Assembly: GCA_013336275.1 (NCBI GenBank) | Contig: JAAXUA010000002.1 | Coordinates: 127,904 to 191,903 of the forward strand | Source of the DNA: Candidatus Falkowbacteria bacterium | GTDB lineage: Bacteria; Patescibacteriota; Patescibacteriia; Patescibacteriales; GWE2-39-37 | Reading direction: 5' to 3' | DNA length: 64,000 nucleotides | Part shown: positions 20,100-29,667 of the stretch, piece by piece | How the letters are laid out: each line of letters begins with the position of its first letter | Position numbering within the stretch: the first letter of the stretch is position 1 | Program-made: the position numbers and the translations under genes | Notes under the pieces: generated by a model | Databases searched by the model: none | What the model saw: the letters and a program-made list of their open reading frames with translations, nothing else | What the model was told of the DNA's origin: nothing

Positions 20100-20206
20100 G
20101 TACCCAAAAGTGGAATTCGAATTTTATGCTGTATGTTGGTATAATATAATTAAATACATTCTATTATTTGCTTCGGTCACTAAATTAAATTTAAATAGGC
20201 TGTTTT

Positions 20207-20980
20207 ATGATTATTACAAGATCAGATAAAGCTATGGGGTTCGCCGGCTTATTGGTTTTTATGGTTGGAGTTATTGTTTTTTGGTCTTTTTCCTTGCCAG
20301 AGCTGAGGGAAACTATTAACTTGAATAAAATTGGCAAAAAAGTCGAGGGGAAAGTAATTGGTTTTGACGCTCGTATGTCTAAATCGACCAGTAATCGCAA
20401 TAATGCATCGCCTAGTACAATGTCGTATTACACCAAGGTGTCTTTCGTTGATGGCATTGGCAATGAGCGTGTTTTTGTATCTAAATCGGGGTTGAGCGAC
20501 CCTCCGTATGCGGTTGGCGATAAGGTGGTCGTGTTGTATGATTCTGATAATCCCCAAAATGCAAGAATCGATAGCTTCTGGGACAACTGGTTTGCAAGCG
20601 TGTTTTTAATCGTTTTTAGTTTGATATTCGGAGTAGTGGGTGGGCGCATGTCATTTCATCAACTAAGAAAAATCTTTACAAGAATGAAGCTCATCCAAAA
20701 TGGCAATAAAATCAGTTGCACCGTGACAAAAATTGTAATTAATAGCCTCGTGAGAATTAATAAAAAAAACCCATTTGTTATTTGGTGCGTGTTTCAGGAT
20801 CAGGCCACGGGAAAGACTTATGAATTTAGAAGTGATGATATTTGCAGCAACCCCAAAGAGTATATTAAAGTGGGCGGAAAAATAGACGTGTATTTAGATG
20901 GCTCAAATTATGAAAATTATTTTGTTGATATTTCATTCCTCCCGAAAAAAATAATCAATACTTTTGTTTCAACCAATTAA
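20207..20980 (+). CDS. DUF3592-like membrane protein
   Basis: TM, VEGKVIG, YAVGDKVVVLYDSDNPQNARID, TM, second OB-like half; visibly AT-rich. Confidence 0.8.
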   Translation: MIITRSDKAMGFAGLLVFMVGVIVFWSFSLPELRETINLNKIGKKVEGKVIGFDARMSKSTSNRNNASPSTMSYYTKVSFVDGIGNERVFVSKSGLSDPPYAVGDKVVVLYDSDNPQNARIDSFWDNWFASVFLIVFSLIFGVVGGRMSFHQLRKIFTRMKLIQNGNKISCTVTKIVINSLVRINKKNPFVIWCVFQDQATGKTYEFRSDDICSNPKEYIKVGGKIDVYLDGSNYENYFVDISFLPKKIINTFVSTN

Positions 20981-21186
20981 TTATCGATAATTGATAATAA
21001 AGCAAATTTAATTACCTCAAGCACCCCTAAGATTACTGGGCGCTGGTTATTATTAACCAGCGTTTTGTTTTTGGAGATAATTAATGATTCTGAACAATGA
21101 AATCAGTTTTTTGTTCAAATTGACAAGGGATGTCATTTAAAGTAGGCTGATTTGAACTATATTAAATCAGACAAGGAGGTCCTGAC

Positions 21187-21894
21187 ATGGAGAAGTTGAT
21201 CTTAATATTGTTTGTCCTTTTACATTATTTGTTGATACTAAATGTGCATCTCAAGCACGGACGGCCCAAGGCTGAGCGCAGTTCTACAAGGCAGCGAATG
21301 TCTGTAATCTGGCTTAAGGATTGGCTGCTTACGCCCCTGATGCTTTTGTCGGCGTTGGCGTACTTATTTTTCGGCCAGGCACGAGTCTGGACGGCAGTAA
21401 CTTTTGCACCTAGCGACGCGCTGAAAATTATCGGCGGTGTCATTATCGTCACGGGTTTCGTTTTGAAATTATTGGCCTACCGCACGCTCGGACGCAATTG
21501 GTCGGCCAAGGCAAACGTCTATGACGACCACCAGTTGATAACCTCAGGTCCATACAAAGTTATCCGCCACCCCGTTTATGCAAGCTATCTCCTGACTTTT
21601 GCTGGCTTCGGAATGCTGAGTGGCAATCTGCTGTTTATCTTTTACGCCGTCGCCTATCATTCGCTCAACTTGATTCGAGCCAAGCAGGAAGAAAAAATGC
21701 TGCTGGCCAGATTCGGCGGGCAGTATCGGCGCTACCTGCAAGAAACCAGCATGTACGCCACGGCGCCCGTAGCGGTGCTAGTCATCATCTGCAATCTCCT
21801 CGGCATCATCGATGAAATGATTTACTGGCCTCTGACCGGCAACTCATTCACCTTCGACTGGGGTTATCGATTATGGCAGACACTATCAAACTGA
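21187..21894 (+). CDS. Isoprenylcysteine carboxyl methyltransferase (ICMT/PEMT) family protein
   Basis: LGRNWS, LITSGPYKVIRHPVY, EEKMLLARFGGQY. Confidence 0.9.
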   Translation: MEKLILILFVLLHYLLILNVHLKHGRPKAERSSTRQRMSVIWLKDWLLTPLMLLSALAYLFFGQARVWTAVTFAPSDALKIIGGVIIVTGFVLKLLAYRTLGRNWSAKANVYDDHQLITSGPYKVIRHPVYASYLLTFAGFGMLSGNLLFIFYAVAYHSLNLIRAKQEEKMLLARFGGQYRRYLQETSMYATAPVAVLVIICNLLGIIDEMIYWPLTGNSFTFDWGYRLWQTLSN

Positions 21895-21967
21895 ACAGGG
21901 AGGAATTAAGCAAAAGCAGAGCAACTATTATCAACGATTTATCAGACCACAACAGGAGGGCTAGCCC

Positions 21968-22333
21968 ATGTCACGTACAGTCAGAAGTAGTAGTGATGTC
22001 GAAGCAGAAAACAGGCTGATCGCGAAATTCACCGAAACGCTCAAGAGCTACAGGGGTATGGTCTGCCAGAATTACAATTCACGCATGGGCGATGAAGACG
22101 ACAAACGCCCACTGGAGCGGCAGATTATCGAAGAGTTCGAGTCTTCTCCGGAAGAACTCAAGGGCGACTTCATGTTTCTGCTCCTGAAAATCGTGGCCGC
22201 CCCGATTACGGGCAGGGCTACGGACAGGTCCGATGGAGAATCCATGACCAGGCTTAGCGTCTGGTTGCAGAATCTGGCTTTCGAACGGCTGGCTGAGATG
22301 GAGGCAATCTGCCCATCGGCCGCCCTTCCGTAA
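21968..22333 (+). CDS. Hypothetical protein
   Basis: AGGAGG RBS; followed by a terminator. Confidence 0.65.
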   Translation: MSRTVRSSSDVEAENRLIAKFTETLKSYRGMVCQNYNSRMGDEDDKRPLERQIIEEFESSPEELKGDFMFLLLKIVAAPITGRATDRSDGESMTRLSVWLQNLAFERLAEMEAICPSAALP

Positions 22334-22367
22334 AGGCACAACCGACAATCACGCGTATATCGCACCG

Positions 22368-22395
22368 CGGCAGACTAAACGTCTGCCGTTTTTTT
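22368..22395 (+). terminator. Intrinsic terminator
   Basis: cggcagac-taaac-gtctgccg-ttttttt. Confidence 0.85.
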
Positions 22396-22490
22396 ATACT
22401 TTGCGGCCGAGCCCAGAGTCGAATTTTATGCCGAAAATTGTTATAATTTAAGTATCTGGTATGCCATCAATGCTGGAATATGATTAATTT

Positions 22491-22820
22491 ATGCTCAAGC
22501 TGATAAAAACAATCCACACCTTGATCTGGGTGATAATGTCCGGCTCTAACTTCGTCGCCTTTTATTTCGCTTTTATGGGCAGGTTCGATGCTTGGTTCTA
22601 TGTCCCCGCAGCTTTGCTATCCGTGGAGATTCTGGTCATCCTCTTCAATAGCTGGAAATGCCCAGTCACCACGATCGCGGAAAAATATACTTCTGAACGG
22701 AAGGCTAATTTTGACATTTATCTTCCGGAATGGCTGGCCAAGTACAATGTCAGGATCTTTTCCATCCTCATCATCATCGAGATAGTGATAGTTTTCATTA
22801 AGCACAAAATATATGGATGA
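22491..22820 (+). CDS. Small membrane protein
   Basis: IKTIHT, WKCPVT, NFDIYLPEWLA; 3 TM segments. Confidence 0.75.
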   Translation: MLKLIKTIHTLIWVIMSGSNFVAFYFAFMGRFDAWFYVPAALLSVEILVILFNSWKCPVTTIAEKYTSERKANFDIYLPEWLAKYNVRIFSILIIIEIVIVFIKHKIYG

Positions 22821-22989
22821 CAAAAAGGCAGCCAGCATTTTAATGGGGATATTGGATAAGCATCCTCTTAGTGAAGAAGAAAAAGAGGCTATCAAATCGG
22901 CCATCGGTATCCTTAGCTGGACTTCTTTGGCGGAAAGCAGGATAAAAAAACTCAAAGCCAAGAAAGAAAGCAGCGCCGAATGGCAATAA
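22813..22989 (+). CDS. 58-aa small protein not in the ORF track
   Basis: MDDKKAASILMGILDKHPLSEEEKEAIKSAIGILSW...; overlaps the upstream stop; its own stop lies in the terminator. Confidence 0.65.
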   Translation: MDDKKAASILMGILDKHPLSEEEKEAIKSAIGILSWTSLAESRIKKLKAKKESSAEWQ

Positions 22990-23020
22990 GAAAAGTCCTG
23001 CCAAGCCGGGACTTTTCTTA
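22987..23020 (+). terminator. Intrinsic terminator
   Basis: taagaaaagtcctg...cgggacttttctta. Confidence 0.75.
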
Positions 23021-23090
23021 TTTTACGGGGTTAATGAATTTTTAATCAGCTAGGTATACTAGTATATAGGTAGATATATAAACTAATAAT

Positions 23091-23981
23091 ATGAAAACAC
23101 AAAAAATAACCACGCACCTGTGGTACGACAAAGAGGCCAAGGAGGCGGCTGAGTTTTACGTCTCGATTTTCAAGGACTCGAAAATCAATAACGTAACGAC
23201 GATACATGATACGCCTTCTGGCGATGCCGATATCGTCGATATTGAGCTTGCTGGCCAGGTATTCAACCTGATTAGTGCCGGTCCGTATTTCAAATTCACG
23301 CCGGCGGTCTCATTGCTGGTCGCCTGCGATACGAAAGAGGAGGTCGACGCTTTGTGGGGCAAGCTTTATGAAGGCGGTTCGGCTTTGATGGAGTTAGGCA
23401 AGTACCCGTTCAGCGACTGGTATGGCTGGCTGCAGGACAAATACGGACTCTCGTGGCAGATCATGCTCATGGGCGAGATGAAGGCCGCGAGAAAGATAAC
23501 TCCGACCATGATGTTCGTCGGTGACGTAGCTGGCAAGGCGGAGGAGGCGATAAATTTCTACGCTTCAATTTTCAGCGATTCGAAGATCGGGGGGATCATG
23601 CGCTATGGAAAGGGCGAGGAACCGGACAAGGAAGGGACGATAAAACATGCGTCTTTCGAACTTGCGGGCCTGGACTTCGCCGCGATGGACAGCGCCTGGA
23701 AGCATGAGTTCAATTTTAGCGAAGCGATTTCATTCGTCGTCCACTGCGAGACGCAAGAGGAGATAGATCATTATTGGAACAAGCTCTCGGCGGTTCCGGA
23801 GGCGGAGCAATGCGGTTGGCTCAAGGATAAGTATGGCTTCTCGTGGCAGATCGTGCCAACAGCCATGGAGGAGATGATGAAAAGCGGTGACGGGGAAAAG
23901 ATGGCGCGCGTGACCCAAGCCTTTCTTAAGATGAAGAAGTTCGACATCGCTAAATTGCAAGAAGCATATGAAGGCAAATAA
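23091..23981 (+). CDS. Tandem VOC / PhnB-like (3-demethylubiquinone-9 3-methyltransferase family) protein
   Basis: Two repeats, each with GWL.DKYG.SWQI. Confidence 0.92.
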   Translation: MKTQKITTHLWYDKEAKEAAEFYVSIFKDSKINNVTTIHDTPSGDADIVDIELAGQVFNLISAGPYFKFTPAVSLLVACDTKEEVDALWGKLYEGGSALMELGKYPFSDWYGWLQDKYGLSWQIMLMGEMKAARKITPTMMFVGDVAGKAEEAINFYASIFSDSKIGGIMRYGKGEEPDKEGTIKHASFELAGLDFAAMDSAWKHEFNFSEAISFVVHCETQEEIDHYWNKLSAVPEAEQCGWLKDKYGFSWQIVPTAMEEMMKSGDGEKMARVTQAFLKMKKFDIAKLQEAYEGK

Positions 23982-24042
23982 CGCTTAATAATTTATTCAT
24001 CTCGGCTTATTATGTTGACTATATAATAATTAAGTTAAAAAT

Positions 24043-24411
24043 ATGGCAAAGTATGTAGATGGATATGTCCTTCCGATTCAAAAGAAGAATCTCCCTGCTT
24101 ATCTAAAAATGGCCAAAAAGGGGGCCAAGATTTGGAAGAAATACGGCGCTTTAGAATATTTCGAGTGCGCCGGCGATGACCTTAACCCGAAGTGGCCCGG
24201 AGTCAAATTTCCGCGCCTGATTGGCGCCAAACCGAGCGAGACGGTGATATTCTCGTTCGTGGTCTTCAAGTCACGGGCCGATCGTGATCGCATCAATGCG
24301 AAGGTGATGAAGGACCCGGACATGAGCGACCCGACTTATATGGGCGAGCTGATGCCGTTCGATGAGAAGCGCATGGTTTACGGCGGATTCAAAACCATAG
24401 TCGAGGGTTAG
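24043..24411 (+). CDS. DUF1428 (YbaA-like) protein
   Basis: YVDGYV, GALEYFEC, MPFDEKRMVYGGF. Confidence 0.9.
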   Translation: MAKYVDGYVLPIQKKNLPAYLKMAKKGAKIWKKYGALEYFECAGDDLNPKWPGVKFPRLIGAKPSETVIFSFVVFKSRADRDRINAKVMKDPDMSDPTYMGELMPFDEKRMVYGGFKTIVEG

Positions 24412-24560
24412 TGCGAATTTTGGACAAGTTTCTTGCAAGTTGACTAAAATGTCGAATATTGCTAAGTTTTGATGATAAAAACTGATTAATTATCAGTTTT
24501 TATTGCTGTTTGGCAAAGTTTTAAGGCCTTCGGGACCTATCAATCGACGAGGAGGAGAAA

Positions 24561-24971
24561 ATGGACCATCGACTGAGAGATGAATTGGTAATCGTCCGGG
24601 TAGCGGGGAGCGACTTCTGCGCCCACCTGGTCAAGATGCCAGGCATGACCGTGCGCGAGATGCTTGTCAGTGCTGGCGTGCTGAACGAGAAGGCGCCGAA
24701 ATTGGACCGCATCCACGCTTTCGGCTGCAAAGACAAGCCTGGCCTGTGGGTCGACCTCATCTGCCGGGACGACGAAGAGGCTCCGGACCATGATCTGATG
24801 GCCGCACTGCTTGATCTGCTGTGGCTGTATTGTTCGAAGGACCTTGGAACGCGGACGGGGTTTTTCAAGAAGATCATCGAATCGTTCAGCGCCATGGATG
24901 ACAGGCATTTTTCGGCCCTGCTCAACTCGCTGACGCTCAAGCGCAAGACAATCAAGGCACTGGCTGCCTAG
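24561..24971 (+). CDS. Hypothetical protein
   Basis: GAGGAGGAG RBS; TTGACT promoter upstream. Confidence 0.7.
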   Translation: MDHRLRDELVIVRVAGSDFCAHLVKMPGMTVREMLVSAGVLNEKAPKLDRIHAFGCKDKPGLWVDLICRDDEEAPDHDLMAALLDLLWLYCSKDLGTRTGFFKKIIESFSAMDDRHFSALLNSLTLKRKTIKALAA

Positions 24972-25024
24972 TCCTTGCGAAAAGAGAAGCAAGAAGTCCA
25001 TTCCCAATTCGAAGGAGGTAGATC

Positions 25025-25594
25025 ATGTCGGAGATATTCATCAGCGCCGATATCGAAGCCGACGGACGGGTGCCAGGTATCAATTCCATGATTTCCCTGG
25101 GTTCGGTGGCTTTCCGGGTCGGCGCTTCAGGCTACGAGCAGATCAGCACGTTCGAAGCTAATCTGCTGGAACTGGAAGGCGCGGTGCAGGACGAGGAGGT
25201 AATGGCTTGGTGGCAGAAATTCCCGGACGCCTGGGAGAGATGCCGGCTCAATGCCCAGCCGCCCGAGGATGTCATGCGTCGGTATCTCGCCTGGATCAAG
25301 TCTTTGCCCGGCCCCGCCGGCCTGGTCGCTTATCCGGGGTCGTTCGACTTCATGTTCATTTACTGGTATCTCTATGCCTTGACCCGGCAGCGGCCATTCA
25401 CCGCCGCAGCCCTCTGTGTCAAGACTTACGCCATGTCGATGCTCAAGCATCCGTCGTGGCTCAAGTTCGAGCGCAAATTGATTCCGGAAAAGTATCTTTC
25501 TGCCCACCCGCACGACCATACGCCCTTGAACGACTCGATCGAGCAAGCACAGATATTCGCCGCCCTTTATTATGACAACGTCATCGGCCGCTAA
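25025..25594 (+). CDS. DEDDh 3'-5' exonuclease (RNase AS-like)
   Basis: SADIEADG, SFDFMF, HTPLND. Confidence 0.85.
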   Translation: MSEIFISADIEADGRVPGINSMISLGSVAFRVGASGYEQISTFEANLLELEGAVQDEEVMAWWQKFPDAWERCRLNAQPPEDVMRRYLAWIKSLPGPAGLVAYPGSFDFMFIYWYLYALTRQRPFTAAALCVKTYAMSMLKHPSWLKFERKLIPEKYLSAHPHDHTPLNDSIEQAQIFAALYYDNVIGR

Positions 25595-25607
25595 GGTGGC
25601 CCGAAGC

Positions 25608-25640
25608 GAAGCCCGGACGTGAACCGGGCTTCTTTTTTTT
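25608..25640 (+). terminator. Intrinsic terminator
   Basis: gaagcccgg-acgtgaa-ccgggcttc-tttttttt. Confidence 0.85.
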
Positions 25641-25699
25641 GCCATTTTGACGGCAGGGGCGGAGTGGGCTATATTTTAGGGACTGAATAGCATGAGATT

Positions 25700-26803
25700 A
25701 TGGAATACCGCCTGCCGCTAAAAACCGCAGAAGTCATCGTTGCCATGGGTCCGGAGTCGGATGGCAATTTTTCAGTTTGCACGAATGGCAAGATATATCA
25801 TTCGGAGTCATTCGGCGACCTACTTGAAGAAAAAAATTTCCGCAGTTTCAAATCAGCCCTGCAGAAATACCTCAAGCGAGAGGGGCTTGTGCCGACAGTC
25901 GTCTTGACCGACCTGCACCCGGATTTCCTGACGACGATATACGGCAGGGAGCTGGCTAAGAAAAACAAGGCGCGACTGGCAACGGTCCAGCACCACTTGG
26001 CCCACGTCTTTTCGGCGGTGGGTGATCGGCTGATCGATGGGCAGACGCATCCGGATTCGTTCGTCGGTATTGCCGCTGACGGTACAGGCCTGGGCGATGA
26101 CGGGCTGATCTGGGGCGGGGAAATCTTTAAAATCAATATCTCTAAAAAACAGGCTTCAATCACGCGGATCGGCCATCTGGAGAATCAGACTCTGATCGGC
26201 GGCGACCTGGCCATCAGGGAACCGGCCCGTGTCTTGGTCAGTGTCCTGGGCAAGTTTCTTGGTCCAGCCGAAGTTTTTAGCCTGATCAAGCAATATTATC
26301 CTAAAAAGACATTCGATCTTCTTGTTGCCCAAGCATCACAGCGATTCAACTGCTATGAGACTTCAAGCACCGGCCGTATCCTCGATGCCGCCGCCGTCCT
26401 ATTGGGCTTTTCGCCCAACGAGCGGAAACGCAAGCATGGACCAATCGCCTGCCTGGAGGAGAATTCCTCGACGCCATATCTGCTCAAACCCGCCGTAACC
26501 GAAGACGATGGCATGCTCATATTGAAAACTACCGAGCTGTTCGCTTATCTGGCGGCTCGCCTGGATGGGGACAAGCGCCGCCTGGCCGCCACCGCGCAAA
26601 AGTATATCGCCGACGGCCTCGGTGAAATCGCCAAGACCGGACAGGCACCGATCTATTTTGCCGGCGGCATGGCTAATAACAAAATCATTTCTTCCGTCCT
26701 GGCCGACCAGGGCGCATATCTGAGTACGAAAATCCCGCGCGGGGACGCGGGAATAAGTTTCGGTCAGGTCATCTATTTTTTGCTAGCAGATTCTCGGGAT
26801 TAA
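25700..26803 (+). CDS. hypF: HypF-like carbamoyltransferase, C-terminal Kae1-like domain only
   Basis: DLHPDF, QHHLAH, DGTGLGDDGLIWGGE, TSSTGRILDA, GDAGISFGQ; only 367 aa. Confidence 0.88.
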   Translation: MEYRLPLKTAEVIVAMGPESDGNFSVCTNGKIYHSESFGDLLEEKNFRSFKSALQKYLKREGLVPTVVLTDLHPDFLTTIYGRELAKKNKARLATVQHHLAHVFSAVGDRLIDGQTHPDSFVGIAADGTGLGDDGLIWGGEIFKINISKKQASITRIGHLENQTLIGGDLAIREPARVLVSVLGKFLGPAEVFSLIKQYYPKKTFDLLVAQASQRFNCYETSSTGRILDAAAVLLGFSPNERKRKHGPIACLEENSSTPYLLKPAVTEDDGMLILKTTELFAYLAARLDGDKRRLAATAQKYIADGLGEIAKTGQAPIYFAGGMANNKIISSVLADQGAYLSTKIPRGDAGISFGQVIYFLLADSRD

Positions 26804-27769
26804 TTTGCCTCTGGGCGTTTCGATCCTTTTTTCACTGCCGAGCGAGGTCTTGAGGAAAACACCGCGGCCTTTCTCGACGCGGCCGATCACTTTGGCTTCC
26901 TTGTTGAATTTCTTCAAGGGGGTCAGGACCTTGCCGGCATCGCGCTGGCTAACCGTCGCCACGAAGCGGCCTTCTGAAGGAAAAGAGAATTTATCGATGC
27001 CTAAAAGCTCGGACAAGGCGACGGCTTCTTTGCCGAAAGGCAGAGTGGCTTCGTCCAGGACGAATCGGGCTTTGGCCTTGTCAGCCATCTCGTTCAAGAC
27101 GGCGGCCACGCCGCCTCTGGTCGGGTCTTTGGCTGAAGTCAGATATTTGCCGACGCTCGCGAGTTCTTTGATGAACGGCCGGCAATCGCTTTTGATCTTG
27201 GTCCGGTAATCGAACCTCTTGGACAGCAGGGCGACGGTGTGGTCGCCCAGATTGCCCGAGGCGATGATCAGGTCGCCGACACGGGCGCCGGCGTTGTCGA
27301 TGACTTTGCTGGCCAAGCCGACACCGGCGGTCGTGATCTCGATCTTATCTAATTTGCCCCGTTCCGTAACCTTGGTGTCGCCGGTGACGATCGGCACGCC
27401 GGTCTGTTTCGAGACTTCGTTGATGGATTTGATGATGGTAATCAGGTCCTTTTCCGGAAAACCTTCCTCGATGATCAAGCTCAGAGAGATGCCGATCGGC
27501 GTAGCGCCCATGACGCATAGGTCGTTGATGGTGCCGCACATGGCGATCTTGCCGATATCGCCGCCAGGGAAGAATATCGGATCGACGATGAAACCGTCGG
27601 TAGTGAAGACCAGCTTCTTGCCGCCCAAGTCATATATGGCGCCGTCATCGCCGGTGTTCTTCCAGGCGCCTTTGACCGCCAGGGTCTTGCGGATGATGCT
27701 TATCAGCTGCGACGACTTTTCGCCGCCGCCGCCCTGGTCCAATTCGATAGTTTTGATATTTTCTGGCAT
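26783..27769 (-). CDS. hypE: Hydrogenase maturation protein HypE
   Basis: PIFFPGGDIG, VTGDTKV, KDPTRGG, C-terminal PRIC; ATG at 27769. Confidence 0.96.
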   Translation of the reverse strand: MPENIKTIELDQGGGGEKSSQLISIIRKTLAVKGAWKNTGDDGAIYDLGGKKLVFTTDGFIVDPIFFPGGDIGKIAMCGTINDLCVMGATPIGISLSLIIEEGFPEKDLITIIKSINEVSKQTGVPIVTGDTKVTERGKLDKIEITTAGVGLASKVIDNAGARVGDLIIASGNLGDHTVALLSKRFDYRTKIKSDCRPFIKELASVGKYLTSAKDPTRGGVAAVLNEMADKAKARFVLDEATLPFGKEAVALSELLGIDKFSFPSEGRFVATVSQRDAGKVLTPLKKFNKEAKVIGRVEKGRGVFLKTSLGSEKRIETPRGKLIPRIC

Positions 27770-27774
27770 ATTTT

Positions 27775-28812
27775 TTATTGATTGAAGCGGAAGCGGATAT
27801 TGCACGCCCCCTCGACCGAAACCATGCAAGCGCCGTAGGGCTGGTCCGGATTGCAGGCCTTGCCGAACAGGGCACAGTCCGTCGGCTCGATCAGTCCCTG
27901 GAGCACCAGGCCGCATTTGCAGGCAGTCGGTTTGGCTGGTCGGTGTCTGACTTCGCTGACAATTTTTTTGTATATCTGCGAAGCGTCTCGATCCTTGAAG
28001 GCTGGCCGGATCTCGAGCCCGCTGCCGGGTATCAGCCCTAGACCGCGCCACCGGGCATCGGTCACTTGGAAAACTTCGTCGCTGATATCACGGGCGCGTT
28101 TGTTGCCCTCAGCTCGTACTACTCGGGTGTATTCATTTTCAACTCGCGGCTCTTTGGCCAAGATCTGGCTGAGTAGCATGTCGATGGCTTTGAGCACGTC
28201 CACGGCCGAGAAGCCGGCGATTACCTGAGGAACTTTGAATTGGCTGTATACTGCGGTGCCGATGATGGCGCTGACGTGACCAGGGTCGATGAAACCGTCG
28301 AGGCGATTATCTTTGTTGGCCAACAGAGCGGCCATGGCTGGTGGGAAAAGCTTGTGGGCCGAATAGACGGTCAGGCCCTTTTTAATGGCCCAGGCGGTCA
28401 TGGGAGTAGTAGTTTCGAAGCCGAGCCCGAAAAATACCAGCCTTGGCTTGGACTTGGACAGCTCCAGGGCCTGTGTCGTGTCGTAGACGATATTGACGTC
28501 AGCCCCGCGCCGTCGGGCCTCCTCAAGGCTCATGACGTTGCCAGGCACGCGCAGGGTGTCGCCGTAAATGGCTACCGGGACATCGTTGAGGGCAAGCTCG
28601 ACCATGACGTCGATATCTGATTGGTCGGTGACGCAGACTGGGCAGCCGGGTCCGGTGACCAAAGAGACATTGGCCGGCAAAAGTTTCTTGAGGCCGTGTA
28701 TCGCGATTGATTGGGAGTGCGTACCGCAGAGTTCCATCAGCTTGACGGGCCGATCGAGTTTCTGCGCCTTGGCGGCGATGCTGGAGATGATTTGCTGCGG
28801 ATTCTGGCTCAT
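27775..28812 (-). CDS. hypD: Hydrogenase maturation protein HypD
   Basis: CGTH, GPGCPVC, GFETT, PGHVS, GACMVSVEGAC. Confidence 0.97.
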   Translation of the reverse strand: MSQNPQQIISSIAAKAQKLDRPVKLMELCGTHSQSIAIHGLKKLLPANVSLVTGPGCPVCVTDQSDIDVMVELALNDVPVAIYGDTLRVPGNVMSLEEARRRGADVNIVYDTTQALELSKSKPRLVFFGLGFETTTPMTAWAIKKGLTVYSAHKLFPPAMAALLANKDNRLDGFIDPGHVSAIIGTAVYSQFKVPQVIAGFSAVDVLKAIDMLLSQILAKEPRVENEYTRVVRAEGNKRARDISDEVFQVTDARWRGLGLIPGSGLEIRPAFKDRDASQIYKKIVSEVRHRPAKPTACKCGLVLQGLIEPTDCALFGKACNPDQPYGACMVSVEGACNIRFRFNQ

Positions 28813-29009
28813 TGGTTCAGGAATTGATAAGCTTCTTTGGCCGATTTCTCATCGGTCTTCTCGATAGCGAAGCCTGCGTGAACCACGACATATTCGCCGA
28901 CCGCGGCTTTTATCAAGGAAACATTGATTTCCTTTTGGATGCCATTGAAATCGGCCAAGGCGATTTCGCCGGTGACTTCGAGTATTTTACCGGGAACAGC
29001 TAAACACAT
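28809..29009 (-). CDS. hypC: Hydrogenase chaperone HypC
   Basis: MCLAVPG, VGEYVVVHAGFAI. Confidence 0.96.
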   Translation of the reverse strand: MCLAVPGKILEVTGEIALADFNGIQKEINVSLIKAAVGEYVVVHAGFAIEKTDEKSAKEAYQFLNQ

Positions 29010-29201
29010 AGGGTAAGAAAATTATTATTCCTGTATTGTACTGGAAAAAGGCAAAAATAGCTAATTTGCAAATGCTTACGTTGCCCTTTCCGGGAGCTGG
29101 GGAATCCGCGATTTTGCTGCTATGATTATAGTATTGATGGGGCGTTAATCTTTGTCTGAGAAAGTATCGGCAGAGTTGAAGATTATTAAATCGGCAATCA
29201 T

Positions 29202-29504
29202 ATGAAGGGTTTGCGTTATGAAATAAAGGCTGAAGTCTGGTTGTATCAAGGAGCGGGCAGCTGGTATTTCGTCTCAGTGCCGCCAGCCATCTCTAATGAG
29301 ATCAGGGAACTGTTCGGTAGCATGAGCCGCGGTTGGGGCTCTTTGCCGGTCAATGCCACGATCGGCAAGACGGTTTGGCGGACTTCGATTTTCCCTGACA
29401 AGAAGAAAGGGACCTACATCTTGCCGCTCAAGGCAGAAATCAGAAAAAAGGAAGGTATCGAGGCCGGGGATGAGCTGGTCCTAGCTCTGGAAATCATGAT
29501 CTGA
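29202..29504 (+). CDS. DUF1905 protein
   Basis: GWGSLPV.ATIG..WRTSIFP; LPLKAEIRK. Confidence 0.88.
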   Translation: MKGLRYEIKAEVWLYQGAGSWYFVSVPPAISNEIRELFGSMSRGWGSLPVNATIGKTVWRTSIFPDKKKGTYILPLKAEIRKKEGIEAGDELVLALEIMI

Positions 29505-29667
29505 CTGCTAATATCAAACGAATAATAAAGAAGGGTCACAGCCACAATGGCTGAGGCGCTTTTTTTTGTTTATTTTTAGCTAAATTTGTTCATCTCCTGG
29601 GCATTGACAAAACATTGGATTCGTGATATATTATTATGATTTTTTAAGTAACGTTAGCAAATCACCA

